Below, piece by piece: positions 49,138 to 58,958 of a stretch of DNA of 64,000 nt (its first letter is position 1; each line of letters opens with the position of its first letter). The stretch comes from Candidatus Babeliales bacterium (GTDB lineage Bacteria > Babelota > Babeliae > Babelales > JANWKD01): the NCBI GenBank assembly GCA_963722255.1, contig CAVRJO010000001.1:512001-576000 (forward strand). The letters run 5' to 3'. A program made the position numbers and the translations under genes. The notes beneath the pieces were generated by a model, which worked only from the letters and a program-made list of their open reading frames with translations, did not search any database and was not told where the DNA came from.

Positions 49138-49944
49138 ATGAAATTCAAAAAGTTTTCAATTGTTGAAGCATTACGATTCGGTTTTTATACAGTTCTAGAA
49201 AATATACTCTTCTTTTTAGGCCTGTGGGCGCTCTATCTAAGTTGGTTAATTTTTGGGGCACTTCTTATTACTCTTATCTGCTATTTTCCATTTTTCAACA
49301 CCATAATAGCATTCTTACAAGAAAATGATTCCACAATAATGAATAATTTAAGGGTGCCTAAATATTATTGGCAATTTGATATCCACAACTCTATTGCATT
49401 ATGCGTTGGAACTATTATTTGGAGTATTGCCTGTACCGTCTGGTATCGATTTTTGTCATTGGGCATTACGCGCATTTGTCTTGATTTCTATGATTATAAA
49501 ACAAGTAGCATCAAACAACTTTTTTCTGGCTTTGGCCTTCTATCAAAAGGCTATTTTGCCGGAATACTCTATTCAATTATTATTCATTTGGGCGTTTTAT
49601 TAGCGGGCATATCTCATATTGGAATTTTTCTTTATTTTGGATTAATGCTTTTTTTCACTGCAAAATATGGATTTTATGAACTCATTTTGGTAGATACGCG
49701 TTGTAAAGCAATTGCCTCAATAAAAGGCAGTGGTCAGTTAACAAATGGATCAAAAGCTCCAATCTTAGGTCTTTTATTTATTCTCTTTTGCATTAATTGT
49801 ATAGCGCTCTTATTTTTTGCTGTTGGTCTTTTAATAACAATTCCTGCAACGCTTTTGGCAAAAACTTTTGTCTACCGAAAACTCACCATGCAAACATTAA
49901 GCACACCAAACAATGATCAACAGCATGATTTCTCAACACAATGA
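49138..49944 (+). CDS. Polytopic membrane protein (YciC/DUF975-like)
   Basis: FSIVEALRFGF, AIASIKGSGQLT, GLLITIP..YRKL. Confidence 0.6.
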   Translation: MKFKKFSIVEALRFGFYTVLENILFFLGLWALYLSWLIFGALLITLICYFPFFNTIIAFLQENDSTIMNNLRVPKYYWQFDIHNSIALCVGTIIWSIACTVWYRFLSLGITRICLDFYDYKTSSIKQLFSGFGLLSKGYFAGILYSIIIHLGVLLAGISHIGIFLYFGLMLFFTAKYGFYELILVDTRCKAIASIKGSGQLTNGSKAPILGLLFILFCINCIALLFFAVGLLITIPATLLAKTFVYRKLTMQTLSTPNNDQQHDFSTQ

Positions 49945-50312
49945 TCGCATGCTTTAATACATTCATCGCAAACAACTTTAATTTGATTGCACACTGCAAT
50001 ACATTGATCATCTAGTTTTTCACACGAAGATTGCGATGAATCACAAAGAAACATACACTCTTCACATTTTCTTATGCATTCTTGCGTAGCTTCTATACAA
50101 TCAGTATCATTGCAGGATTTTAAATGCTCTCTACAACTTTTGATGCATTCTTTGCATGCTTGTATACACTTTTGAAATTTTTTAGTTGAGGCTTCAACAC
50201 ATTGTGAAGAGTCCTTTTTATTAGTTTGAGGTGTTGTGCATTTCGTACAAACATCGATACATTCTTGGCATGCTATAATACAAGCGTTACACGCTTCAAT
50301 ATGATTATCCAT
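49917..50312 (-). CDS. Cys-rich four-helix-bundle protein (Csp3/DUF326-like)
   Basis: 26 Cys in 131 aa in CxxxCxxCxxxC repeats, no signal peptide. Confidence 0.75.
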   Translation of the reverse strand: MDNHIEACNACIIACQECIDVCTKCTTPQTNKKDSSQCVEASTKKFQKCIQACKECIKSCREHLKSCNDTDCIEATQECIRKCEECMFLCDSSQSSCEKLDDQCIAVCNQIKVVCDECIKACDHCVEKSCC

Positions 50313-50435
50313 AATGATCACTCTCTTTTTTTTGGGATACTGTATTATTCAATAAAATGTATACCACATGACAAAAAAAGAAGGCAAGAAGTTGCTAATG
50401 CCTCCCCTATCAACAAAAGCAAAATACCTTATTAT

Positions 50436-52277
50436 TTATTTTCTACGTTTAAACTTCTTTTCAATCTCATCAAGTGACAATACCCAACTTGTTGGCCTAC
50501 CATGCGGACAACTAAATCTATTTTCAGTTTTGGAAAGATCATTTAAAAGTTGATTAATCTGCTCATGAGTTATATCATCTCCGGCTTTTATAGCTGCTTT
50601 ACAAGCCATTTGAGCTTGCATTTTCTTATTAATTTCAGTAAAAAATTGATCTTTTTCTAAATGGCTAAACTCATTAAAAAGATCAATGATTTCGCGAATA
50701 AATTCCGACCAAACAACCGATTTTAAATGCACAGGAATTGATGAAATAACTAACTGATTTTCTCCTTTTTGATCACATATAATCCCATATTCTTGGAGCA
50801 ACACACTATTATCAATGATCAACTTCATATCAGCAGTAGAAAGATGAATAATCTCAGGAAATAAAAGATTTGTTGAAGCAACTTCATGAAATCGACCCGC
50901 GTAACGTTCAAAAAGAATTCTTTCATGCGCTGCATGCTGGTCAACAAACAATATTCCTTCTTCATGATCGACAAGTATATAGGTCTTTTTTAGTACACCA
51001 AGAATTTCAAAACTGGTATCTTGAAATGCAACCTTACTTTGCTGCTGCGCATCGTCTCGAGATGCAAACATTTTTTTATTTGAAACTTCATCTACCGTAC
51101 TAGGCATACTTTTTTGCAAAGGTAGAGCAAAAGGTTCTTGCGATTTCGCCACTGGATCTTTGTGTAAGGCTTGATAATGATGAATATTAAAAGCTCCATA
51201 TTCAAAAAAATCATTGTTCTTAGATGAATCGTATGATTGAATTGGAGGTTCAACCCTTTCTTTTTCAATAAAAGAATCCAAATTAACTGATACCTTTTTT
51301 TCTAATGTTTTTTTAATAGTTGAAGTTATTGCATGTTCGATCTGTTTTTGGTTCGTAAACAAAACTTCTTCTTTGCGTGGATGGATGTTGCTATCGATCT
51401 CCGCCGGATTAACAGAAAGAGAAATGATTGAAACAGGATAACGAGCAGGTGGTAAAACATTCAGATACCCTTTCAGCAGTGCTTGCATTAAACAATAGTT
51501 ATTTACCCATCGTTTATTAACAAAAAAGAAAATATTGTTTCGATTATAACGGAAAAAATGGTGCTGAGAACTAAGAGCTTCTTGAACTATTAAACCATCT
51601 GTTTGTACATCAATAAGATTTCGAGCAACACTGACATCCCAAATTTGAGCAGAACGATCAATCAAACTATCAGCCGGCGGGCAGTTATGAACTAACGCGC
51701 TATCATGATACAATTGAAAATGTATGTCCCTATGAGCAAAGCAAAATGCCTGAAAAAGTTGAATAATCAATCGCCATTCAGTCTCTTCTTTTTTTAAAAA
51801 TTTTTTTCGAACAGGAACATTACAAAAAAGATCTTCAACTGAAATGTCAGTACCAGTTCCAAAAGCAGTTGGTTCAATTTTTACAAACTGTCCTTGATTA
51901 AAGATGACCCGAACACCTTCTTTATTCTCAACTTCTTTTGTCAACATGGTAACATTACTCACAGCACCAATGGTATACAGTGCCTCCCCGCGAAATCCAA
52001 AACTGTTTAATGAAGATAACTCCTCAAAAGAAGTTAATTTACTTGTTGCATGCCGTTCAAAACATAGTTCAGCATCCACTGGCGACATTCCACAGCCATT
52101 ATCTACGATACGGATTAAGGATTGGCCAGCATTTTTACAATAAATAGATATTTTTGTTGCTCCCGCATCAAGCGAATTTTCAACAAGTTCTTTTATTACA
52201 TTTACTGGTCGCTCAACAACTTGCCCTGCAGCAATTTTTTGAATCTCATGTATGAGTAATCGTTTAATCTTTTGCAT
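50436..52277 (-). CDS. mutL: DNA mismatch repair endonuclease MutL
   Basis: KELVENSLDAGA, GFRGEAL, DQHAAHERILFE, ACK, CPHGRP. Confidence 0.96.
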   Translation of the reverse strand: MQKIKRLLIHEIQKIAAGQVVERPVNVIKELVENSLDAGATKISIYCKNAGQSLIRIVDNGCGMSPVDAELCFERHATSKLTSFEELSSLNSFGFRGEALYTIGAVSNVTMLTKEVENKEGVRVIFNQGQFVKIEPTAFGTGTDISVEDLFCNVPVRKKFLKKEETEWRLIIQLFQAFCFAHRDIHFQLYHDSALVHNCPPADSLIDRSAQIWDVSVARNLIDVQTDGLIVQEALSSQHHFFRYNRNNIFFFVNKRWVNNYCLMQALLKGYLNVLPPARYPVSIISLSVNPAEIDSNIHPRKEEVLFTNQKQIEHAITSTIKKTLEKKVSVNLDSFIEKERVEPPIQSYDSSKNNDFFEYGAFNIHHYQALHKDPVAKSQEPFALPLQKSMPSTVDEVSNKKMFASRDDAQQQSKVAFQDTSFEILGVLKKTYILVDHEEGILFVDQHAAHERILFERYAGRFHEVASTNLLFPEIIHLSTADMKLIIDNSVLLQEYGIICDQKGENQLVISSIPVHLKSVVWSEFIREIIDLFNEFSHLEKDQFFTEINKKMQAQMACKAAIKAGDDITHEQINQLLNDLSKTENRFSCPHGRPTSWVLSLDEIEKKFKRRK

Positions 52278-52307
52278 AAGAGGGTCAAATAAAAACAAGA
52301 ATATTTT

Positions 52308-52847
52308 TTACAACCCTTTTAGTTTACCTTTGATAAGAAAATTAACCAACTTTTTTTCATCATAGACCATTGAAGATGGTTTTAATTCTATAAGATTCAT
52401 TGCTTGAAATAGTTCTGTAGCATTTAAATCATGAATAAAACCCAAAAGAGTCTCTATTGATTGAGTTTCACCTTCCATTGTAATCTCTTCTTCATTGCAA
52501 ATAACTGATTCGAGCATAACACAAGCAGGTATCATTTCAGAAATCTTGAAAATATGAGTATAAAAAAATGACGATTGTTGCCAAGATAGTATCTGCTTTA
52601 TTTGTTCTTTAAGTATAGAATAGTTGCGACATAACTGTTCATAGTTTTCAAGTGCAGCCGATGCACCGGAACTACGGAATGCAGTCAGCTTTTTCTTTAC
52701 ACTATATATCTCATAACAAAGTTGGACAGTATACCCAAATAAAATTGTTCCAACAAGACCTATACTGAGTAATGAACCAATACACCAGCGCCGCCAGCTC
52801 ATCTGCTCTTGAGGAGAAAAAGGATTAATTAGATTATATGGATTCAT
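52308..52847 (-). CDS. PilN-like protein
   Basis: NLI/NPF N-terminus, TM, coiled coil, IPACVMLESV..ITMEG..FIHDL. Confidence 0.7.
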   Translation of the reverse strand: MNPYNLINPFSPQEQMSWRRWCIGSLLSIGLVGTILFGYTVQLCYEIYSVKKKLTAFRSSGASAALENYEQLCRNYSILKEQIKQILSWQQSSFFYTHIFKISEMIPACVMLESVICNEEEITMEGETQSIETLLGFIHDLNATELFQAMNLIELKPSSMVYDEKKLVNFLIKGKLKGL

Positions 52848-53532
52848 AATTTTCCCCTAAAAGATATAAGCCCATTGATGCGCATAATGATTCAACTTCA
52901 TATTCTGAATACGCATAACCCTCATGAGTATCTTTTCTATTCTCCAAAAGTTCTAAAAATGATTTTAACCGATGACGAAAATCCAATCTTTCTCCTGACA
53001 CAACTTCGGCAGATGATTTTATTCCACGTACAGTCCAAAGTAGATTCAATAATGCTCTTTGTACCGACGTTATAAATATACAGTTAAAAGGAGCTCTGAG
53101 GGCAGCTAATTGATAGTGCAATATCTGAGAACGTGATAACCCGTAGACGTATACTAACACGTCTTTCGTTTCATTGGTGTGATCAAGCACACAATAGTTC
53201 CAAACCAGAGATTTGTTCTCAACTTGAAACATATTCATTACTATAGATTCACGTTCAACCCGATAATAGTTCTCATAGAGAGCATCTGACGAAAGTCCTA
53301 AAAGCACAAATGGATTTTTTAATGAATGTTTTTGTAAAAAATTCTGAATGCAACCATTCAAATAGGTTGAGTTTAATAAAGAGGTTTTATTGGTATAGAT
53401 AAAATCGGTTCTATGCACTTCATAGGCACGCATACAAAATGATAAAGAATCTTTCTTAGAGTGTTGAAGCCATATACAAAAAAGATGATCCGATCTGATA
53501 ATCACCGTAACAATTTCAGATGAGCTCCACAC
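52834..53532 (-). CDS. Hypothetical protein, possibly divergent PilM-like
   Basis: Overlaps the start of the PilN-like gene, ends ASMGLYL. Function inferred from position only. Confidence 0.4.
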   Translation of the reverse strand: MWSSSEIVTVIIRSDHLFCIWLQHSKKDSLSFCMRAYEVHRTDFIYTNKTSLLNSTYLNGCIQNFLQKHSLKNPFVLLGLSSDALYENYYRVERESIVMNMFQVENKSLVWNYCVLDHTNETKDVLVYVYGLSRSQILHYQLAALRAPFNCIFITSVQRALLNLLWTVRGIKSSAEVVSGERLDFRHRLKSFLELLENRKDTHEGYAYSEYEVESLCASMGLYLLGENYESI

Positions 53533-53616
53533 GCTTCATACTCCTAACCCTCTTTAACGTCCTCTTACTTCATTATTGATTTACTATAGAAAGTTTAACA
53601 ACTAACTCGCAATAGT

Positions 53617-54495
53617 TCATACTAATGAACCACATACAACACGATCTTTGCCATTACAATCACGCAACAAAGTAGGAGAAGAAAACAAATTATTCATACG
53701 CTGTAAAGCAGCTTCTCCTTGATTATAACCTATTTCACAATAAAGTTGGGCTATCCCATACAAAGATAGAGAAGAATTTTTATGTAGATAGTTACTCGCT
53801 TGGAGGCAAATTGAATCCACCAATGCTAGGCCATTTTCCGGAGCAACCAACGCATGATAATCTTCCCAATCTTTTACACTTGGTTCAACTGTTTGCCATT
53901 CAGCTACGCTAATATAAGGAGGATTAGTTACAATAAGATCAAAGCTCATTCCGGAAAGCGCAGAAAAAAGATCTGATTGGATACACGTAATTGCTACCCC
54001 ATTCGCTTCGGCATTTTTTTTTGTTTCAGCAACAGCAAATTCTGAAATATCAGTTGCCACCAACGTAGCCTCAGGAAGGGCCTTTGCCAAAGCACATGCA
54101 ATAGCGCCGGAACCGGTACACAAATCAAGAATTTTTATTTTTTTATTGGGCAATTTTTGAAGCTTTTGAATAAGACCCGCTACCCATTCCTCAGTCTCAG
54201 GTCTTGGAATTAACAAAGGGGGTTTAACAGCAATAGTACAATCAATAAAAGGCACCGTACCAATCAAATAAGCCAACGGCTTATTATTCTTAGTATGCTC
54301 AAAAACCCACTGCTGAAGAGCAGCATTCTGCTGCTCATTAAGAATTTGGTGGCTAAAAAGAAGCTCAAGTTTAGTTTTACCAGTTATGGCACTCAGCATC
54401 CACCAGATAACAGCCTCTGCTTGCTCTGAGTTGCCATAGAGCGGCACTAACTGTTCTTTACTTTTTATTACTATTAAATCTAATTCACGGTTCAT
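53617..54495 (-). CDS. prmC: Release factor glutamine methyltransferase
   Basis: PLAYLIG, LIPRPETE, LDLCTGSG, NPPY. Confidence 0.95.
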   Translation of the reverse strand: MNRELDLIVIKSKEQLVPLYGNSEQAEAVIWWMLSAITGKTKLELLFSHQILNEQQNAALQQWVFEHTKNNKPLAYLIGTVPFIDCTIAVKPPLLIPRPETEEWVAGLIQKLQKLPNKKIKILDLCTGSGAIACALAKALPEATLVATDISEFAVAETKKNAEANGVAITCIQSDLFSALSGMSFDLIVTNPPYISVAEWQTVEPSVKDWEDYHALVAPENGLALVDSICLQASNYLHKNSSLSLYGIAQLYCEIGYNQGEAALQRMNNLFSSPTLLRDCNGKDRVVCGSLV

Positions 54496-54586
54496 TTAAA
54501 AGCCTTTCCGGGACTATTTTTTCCAAAAATAATCTTTACGTGGTATCCTAGTTATAAGTATACCATTTTTATACAGGGAAGTATTT

Positions 54587-55513
54587 ATGATATTAATCGT
54601 ACTACTTTATGCATTACTCGCGGGAACCTTTTCCTTGGGTAAAATGATTTTAGCCTATTCACAGCCAATTTTTGTGGTTGGCATGAGAATGTCTATTTCA
54701 GGAGCAATCCTGCTTTTATATCATAGCTTATGGAACCATACACAATTGCGCATAAAAAAAGAGCATCTCTGGAAATTTATACAAGCTACCCTATTTACCA
54801 TTTATATCCCTTACCTACTTCGTTACTGGGGACTTGTTTATCTTTCTTCAAGCAAAGCATGCCTTCTTTATAACTTTGGTCCTTTTTTGACCTACTTTTT
54901 TTCTTATATTATATGCAAAGAAAAGGTAACCCTAAAAAAAATCACCGGTCTTTGTATTGGATTTATCGGCCTAATACCGTTGTTTCTTACAAGATCTTTC
55001 CATCTACCTGAAAATCATGGGCTCTTTATATTGCCAGAGATAGCATTGCTCGTTGCTGTTTCTTCTATGAGTTATGGTTGGCTTATTATTCATAAGCTCA
55101 TTAATAAGGATTCGTATTCGCCCAGTATGACCAATGGCATAATAATGTTTGCCGGAGGTATACTTGCTTTACTTACGTCGATGCTTTTTGAAGATCATTC
55201 AGCCTATGTTACTGATTTTGTTCCATTTATTACTATTTTAAGCATTATCATCGTTGTAAGTAATTTAATCTGTCATAATCTCTATGGAGCTCTTTTAAAA
55301 ATTTATTCACCAACAATGCTCTCATTTACCAGCTTTCTATCGCCTCTTTTTGCAGCGCTTTATGGTTGGCTTTTTATGCACGAAATAATACCTCTTCATT
55401 TTTATGGCTCTGCAGGAATTATTTTTATAGGACTTGCACTCTTTTATTCTGATGAACTTGGTAGCCAAAAATCATCTACGAGTACTGAATCAACGTTAGA
55501 ACAAACAGCATAA
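54587..55513 (+). CDS. DMT/EamA-family transporter
   Basis: Ten-TM duplicated pattern, GMRM, PLFAALYGWLFMHE. Confidence 0.88.
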   Translation: MILIVLLYALLAGTFSLGKMILAYSQPIFVVGMRMSISGAILLLYHSLWNHTQLRIKKEHLWKFIQATLFTIYIPYLLRYWGLVYLSSSKACLLYNFGPFLTYFFSYIICKEKVTLKKITGLCIGFIGLIPLFLTRSFHLPENHGLFILPEIALLVAVSSMSYGWLIIHKLINKDSYSPSMTNGIIMFAGGILALLTSMLFEDHSAYVTDFVPFITILSIIIVVSNLICHNLYGALLKIYSPTMLSFTSFLSPLFAALYGWLFMHEIIPLHFYGSAGIIFIGLALFYSDELGSQKSSTSTESTLEQTA

Positions 55514-55537
55514 AGCACTTAATTGTTCCAAAAAAAT

Positions 55538-55577
55538 AAAATGGCACGTATATAAAATTTATATCACGTGCCATTTC
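55538..55577. terminator. Hairpin between convergent genes
   Basis: AAATGGCACGT..ACGTGCCATTT. Confidence 0.7.
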
Positions 55578-55605
55578 TATCTTCTCAAACTAAACAATTG
55601 AGCTC

Positions 55606-56664
55606 TTATTTTGGTTTTACAATCAGTTCATATTTTTCTAGCAACTTGTTACAATCAAGATTGTTTTGAACATTGCGTGCTATGCGCGTAAAACTATTTT
55701 TTATCAATGACGATAAAGCAGATTCTTCATTTCTTTCTATTGCATGATCAAATGGTGAACGGTGCGCATTATCTTTATGAAGAATATTAATATTTTTATT
55801 CCCCATTAATAACGAAATTATAGAATCAAATCCTTTTTGTGATGCATGTGTTAATGCAGAATACCCAAAATCATCAGTAGCATTAACATCAAGATCAGAT
55901 CTTTCAAGCATAAGCTCAACATAATAATCTGAGCCGGTGTTTACAGCAGTAATAAGTGGCGTGAAACCATAACCATCTTTACTATTTATATTAATGCGCT
56001 CATCTGCCAATAATGCTTGCAAACTTTGAAGATCGTTATTGTTTAAAGCAACAAATATAGGATTAAAGCCGTGTTTTTTAAGACTATCAAAATTTGCATT
56101 TAAAAGTTTTTTTGATACTTTACCTGAATTCACATACTTTTTACATAGGGGTTGGTTGGATTTTTGTGCAAGCTTACACAATGTCGAGTAAGTATTAACT
56201 TCAACGGGTAGATCATGTGAGACTCTTACAACGTTTTCTGCATTTACTAATGATTGAGCTGCAAAAAATTTCAAGCAAGGAACAGTTTTTTTTATTGGTT
56301 TTTGATCAGCCAAAGCCGCGCTCAAAGAAACAATTGGTTGAATATGTTGAATAGGTTCTTGAGAAGCTTCAGAGGCCAAATCATGTGGTATTCTTACAAC
56401 GGCTAATGCTGAATGCTCATTATCTTTATTAATTATTTCTTCTTTCTCAATAGACTCATCATCATTGTTTCTTGCAGGCTCTACTTCAAAAGCAATAGAA
56501 GGCGTATTGCCTTTGTCTTTATCATGACTATTTCCTTGAGCAAAATAGATCAAAGAATGTGCACGTAATGGGCTATCTTCATCTAAATCGCTAAGCTGCA
56601 TAGCATACAACCCAAAAGGTACAATTAAACCGCATAGAAAAAACATACAATATTTTTTTACCAT
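55606..56664 (-). CDS. Signal-peptide ankyrin-repeat protein with BC-box-like motif
   Basis: LYA|MQLS, VPCLKFFAAQSL, GFTPLITAV, GYSALTHAS, RSPFDHA. Confidence 0.8.
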   Translation of the reverse strand: MVKKYCMFFLCGLIVPFGLYAMQLSDLDEDSPLRAHSLIYFAQGNSHDKDKGNTPSIAFEVEPARNNDDESIEKEEIINKDNEHSALAVVRIPHDLASEASQEPIQHIQPIVSLSAALADQKPIKKTVPCLKFFAAQSLVNAENVVRVSHDLPVEVNTYSTLCKLAQKSNQPLCKKYVNSGKVSKKLLNANFDSLKKHGFNPIFVALNNNDLQSLQALLADERININSKDGYGFTPLITAVNTGSDYYVELMLERSDLDVNATDDFGYSALTHASQKGFDSIISLLMGNKNINILHKDNAHRSPFDHAIERNEESALSSLIKNSFTRIARNVQNNLDCNKLLEKYELIVKPK

Positions 56665-56794
56665 AGATAACTCCGCACTGTTTTTATAATAAATTATCAC
56701 TTGTAATATCATATCATATACAATAAAAAGTGACAAATGGTGCCATAAGAAATTTACTATGAGAAAATACAGAGATAAATAAGCTATTGCAAGC

Positions 56795-57718
56795 TCACTT
56801 GATCGGAGCTTCTATAGTCTCAAAAAATGCAGTAACCTGTTGCACATAATCATCAGGATAGATCTTAAAAATACCTGCATGATGAGCACCATCAACAACC
56901 CACAGCTTTTTGTGACAGGAAACTTTAGCATATAATTCATGCGCAGCTGCAACATCAGCGAGCATATCGTGATTAGAGTGGATAATAAAAATCGGGGTTG
57001 TTAACTGATCAGCCCAAGCATGAGCATTAACCTCTTCCATGCTACACTGGCACAAATATTCAAAAATAGTCTGGCAAAATGTCATAAAAGGCATTAACGG
57101 CAAACCGGTCTTTTCAGGAAACATCTTTGCAAGCTGCAAATCAAGACTCTTAAACGCAGAATCTATAACAATTCCTTTAAAAGGTGTTCCTTGAGAAGCA
57201 GCACCCAACAATGAAACGGCGCCCATAGATATACCAATTCCAAAAATTGGCAACATATTCGCTTTTTCATGGGTATGCAAAAAATTAAATGCGGCAATAA
57301 CATCATTCATCTCATAAAAGCCAATGGTGGTAAAATCACCCTGACTTTCCCCATGAGCACGATAATCAAATATCAAAATATTATCATTAGGAAATAGCTT
57401 TACTAAATTATATAATCGTTCTTTACTTCGTGAATAGCCGTGGCACATAAGAAAGTTGCGTTTTGCTTGTGGCCGAATAAATAAAAGACCTGCTAAATGC
57501 ATCCCATCAGAAGCTTTAAACGTTATCGGTTGCCCACCCTGTTCTTTGCACAAAAGAGTATTAAATTCACCATTACGAACGAGCCATTCCTGCTTGTGAA
57601 TGCGACGAAATATAAATTTTTTTACAATAAGATATGAAATCCAGCTTATGGCTGCTAAGGCGATCATACAGCTCAAAACAAACGCAATTATGACTTTTCT
57701 TAATTTCACTTTTACCAT
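56795..57718 (-). CDS. Membrane-anchored alpha/beta hydrolase
   Basis: N-terminal TM, CHGY, DYRAHGES, GISMG, GAHH. Confidence 0.9.
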   Translation of the reverse strand: MVKVKLRKVIIAFVLSCMIALAAISWISYLIVKKFIFRRIHKQEWLVRNGEFNTLLCKEQGGQPITFKASDGMHLAGLLFIRPQAKRNFLMCHGYSRSKERLYNLVKLFPNDNILIFDYRAHGESQGDFTTIGFYEMNDVIAAFNFLHTHEKANMLPIFGIGISMGAVSLLGAASQGTPFKGIVIDSAFKSLDLQLAKMFPEKTGLPLMPFMTFCQTIFEYLCQCSMEEVNAHAWADQLTTPIFIIHSNHDMLADVAAAHELYAKVSCHKKLWVVDGAHHAGIFKIYPDDYVQQVTAFFETIEAPIK

Positions 57719-57724
57719 ACTCTA

Positions 57725-58066
57725 TCACAGTTTAAATAGATTTTTTCCTGCCAAAAAATGAACATGCAGATGAAAAACAATCTGTCCGGCTGCAGCACCA
57801 TTATTTACTACAAGATTAAATGCTCCTGCTCCCGGCAATAGCTCTGTAAGCTTTTTAGGAACTTCAACAAAAATTTTATGAGTAATTACATCATCTTCTG
57901 CAGTCAATGCACTCAAATCAGAAACATGTTTTTTGGGAATGATGAGATTATGAATTGGAGCCTTTGGATGAATATCTTTAATGACCATGACGTCCTCATC
58001 CTGCCAAACAACCGCTGCAGGAAGAATGCCTTCTATAATTTTACAAAAGATACAATCAGTATGCAC
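57725..58066 (-). CDS. HIT-family protein (Hint/HinT-like)
   Basis: GTG start at 58066 after a purine-rich RBS. DCIFCKII, HPKAPIH, GQIVFHLHVH. Confidence 0.9.
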   Translation of the reverse strand: MHTDCIFCKIIEGILPAAVVWQDEDVMVIKDIHPKAPIHNLIIPKKHVSDLSALTAEDDVITHKIFVEVPKKLTELLPGAGAFNLVVNNGAAAGQIVFHLHVHFLAGKNLFKL

Positions 58067-58129
58067 TCTCTTTCTCCCTAGAAAGTTTAGCGAAGTCTGG
58101 CTCAGCCAGGCATTTCTGGAAGAAATGAC

Positions 58130-58216
58130 TGGTGCCGGGAGTCGGACTCGAACCGACATGGTGTTGCCACCGCGGGATTTTGAGTCCCGTGCGTCTGCCA
58201 ATTTCGCCATCCCGGC
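58130..58216 (-). tRNA. tRNA-Leu(CAA)
   Basis: GCCGGGA acceptor, anticodon arm CGGGA-CTCAAAA-TCCCG, long variable arm, GTTCGAG T-loop, encoded CCA. Confidence 0.97.
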
Positions 58217-58299
58217 TTATATATTTCAATAGTATCAACTTTAAAAAAGAATATAAGAAAATAGAGAATTGGTCAATTCAAAAATCTTTTTATCTCTAG

Positions 58300-58537
58300 T
58301 AGGGCAAACGCACTAAAAATTCAGATTTTAAACTTATTATATTAACACAAGATTACTGTAATTTATCAAAGCAAAATTAACGAATTAAGCATAATGTCAT
58401 CACGAGGAATGAAATGACGTGGTGACCCAGTAATAAAATGAAAAATCTTTATAAATCGCAATAACAGGCGAAAATTTATTGTTACTTCAAGAAAGTTTTT
58501 TTCCTTTTTTAAATTCGACACTAATGCGTTTGCCCTA
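58300..58537. mobile_element. MITE, 238 bp, ISAs1-like ends
   Basis: TIRs TAGGGCAAACGCA(C)TA / TA(A)TGCGTTTGCCCTA. Exact 9-bp flanking duplication TATCTCTAG (58291-58299, 58538-58546). No ORF in the track. Confidence 0.9.
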
Positions 58538-58555
58538 TATCTCTAGCCAGACTCA

Positions 58556-58585
58556 TTGACAAAAGAGACCTTAATTTTTTATAAT
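58556..58585 (+). promoter_or_regulatory. Consensus sigma70 promoter of the MNT-HEPN operon
   Basis: TTGACA-N18-TATAAT. Confidence 0.6.
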
Positions 58586-58637
58586 TATTTACAGATTAAA
58601 ATAACTTTTAATACACAAAAATTTGGTCTCTTTATCC

Positions 58638-58958
58638 ATGATATCTATAAAAACAATAGAAGAAGTCAAAAAAAGACTTATCAATACTTATAACCCCCTA
58701 GAGATATATCTATTTGGTTCATATGCCTGGGGAAAGCCTGATGAAGAAAGCGACCTGGATTTGCTTATCGTGGTTGAAGATTTTAAGAACAATCGTTATC
58801 AAGACTTGGTCTTAGGGCACAAGGCGTTAATGGATATGAGTTTATCTAAAGATATTTTACTTTTTAACAAAAAAGAATTTGATCTAAAATCTAAAGACAG
58901 TTCGGAATTCTGTTACAAAGTCAAAAATTTGGGCAAAAAAATTTATGCAAAAGCATGA
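58638..58958 (+). CDS. Minimal nucleotidyltransferase (MNT antitoxin)
   Basis: IYLFGSYAWG..ESDLDLLIV. Confidence 0.9.
   Translation: MISIKTIEEVKKRLINTYNPLEIYLFGSYAWGKPDEESDLDLLIVVEDFKNNRYQDLVLGHKALMDMSLSKDILLFNKKEFDLKSKDSSEFCYKVKNLGKKIYAKA

Noticed and set aside
58067..58210. 47-aa N-terminal extension of the HIT ORF (57725-58210)
   Set aside because: It runs through tRNA-Leu. HIT homology starts at GTG 58066, which has its own RBS.
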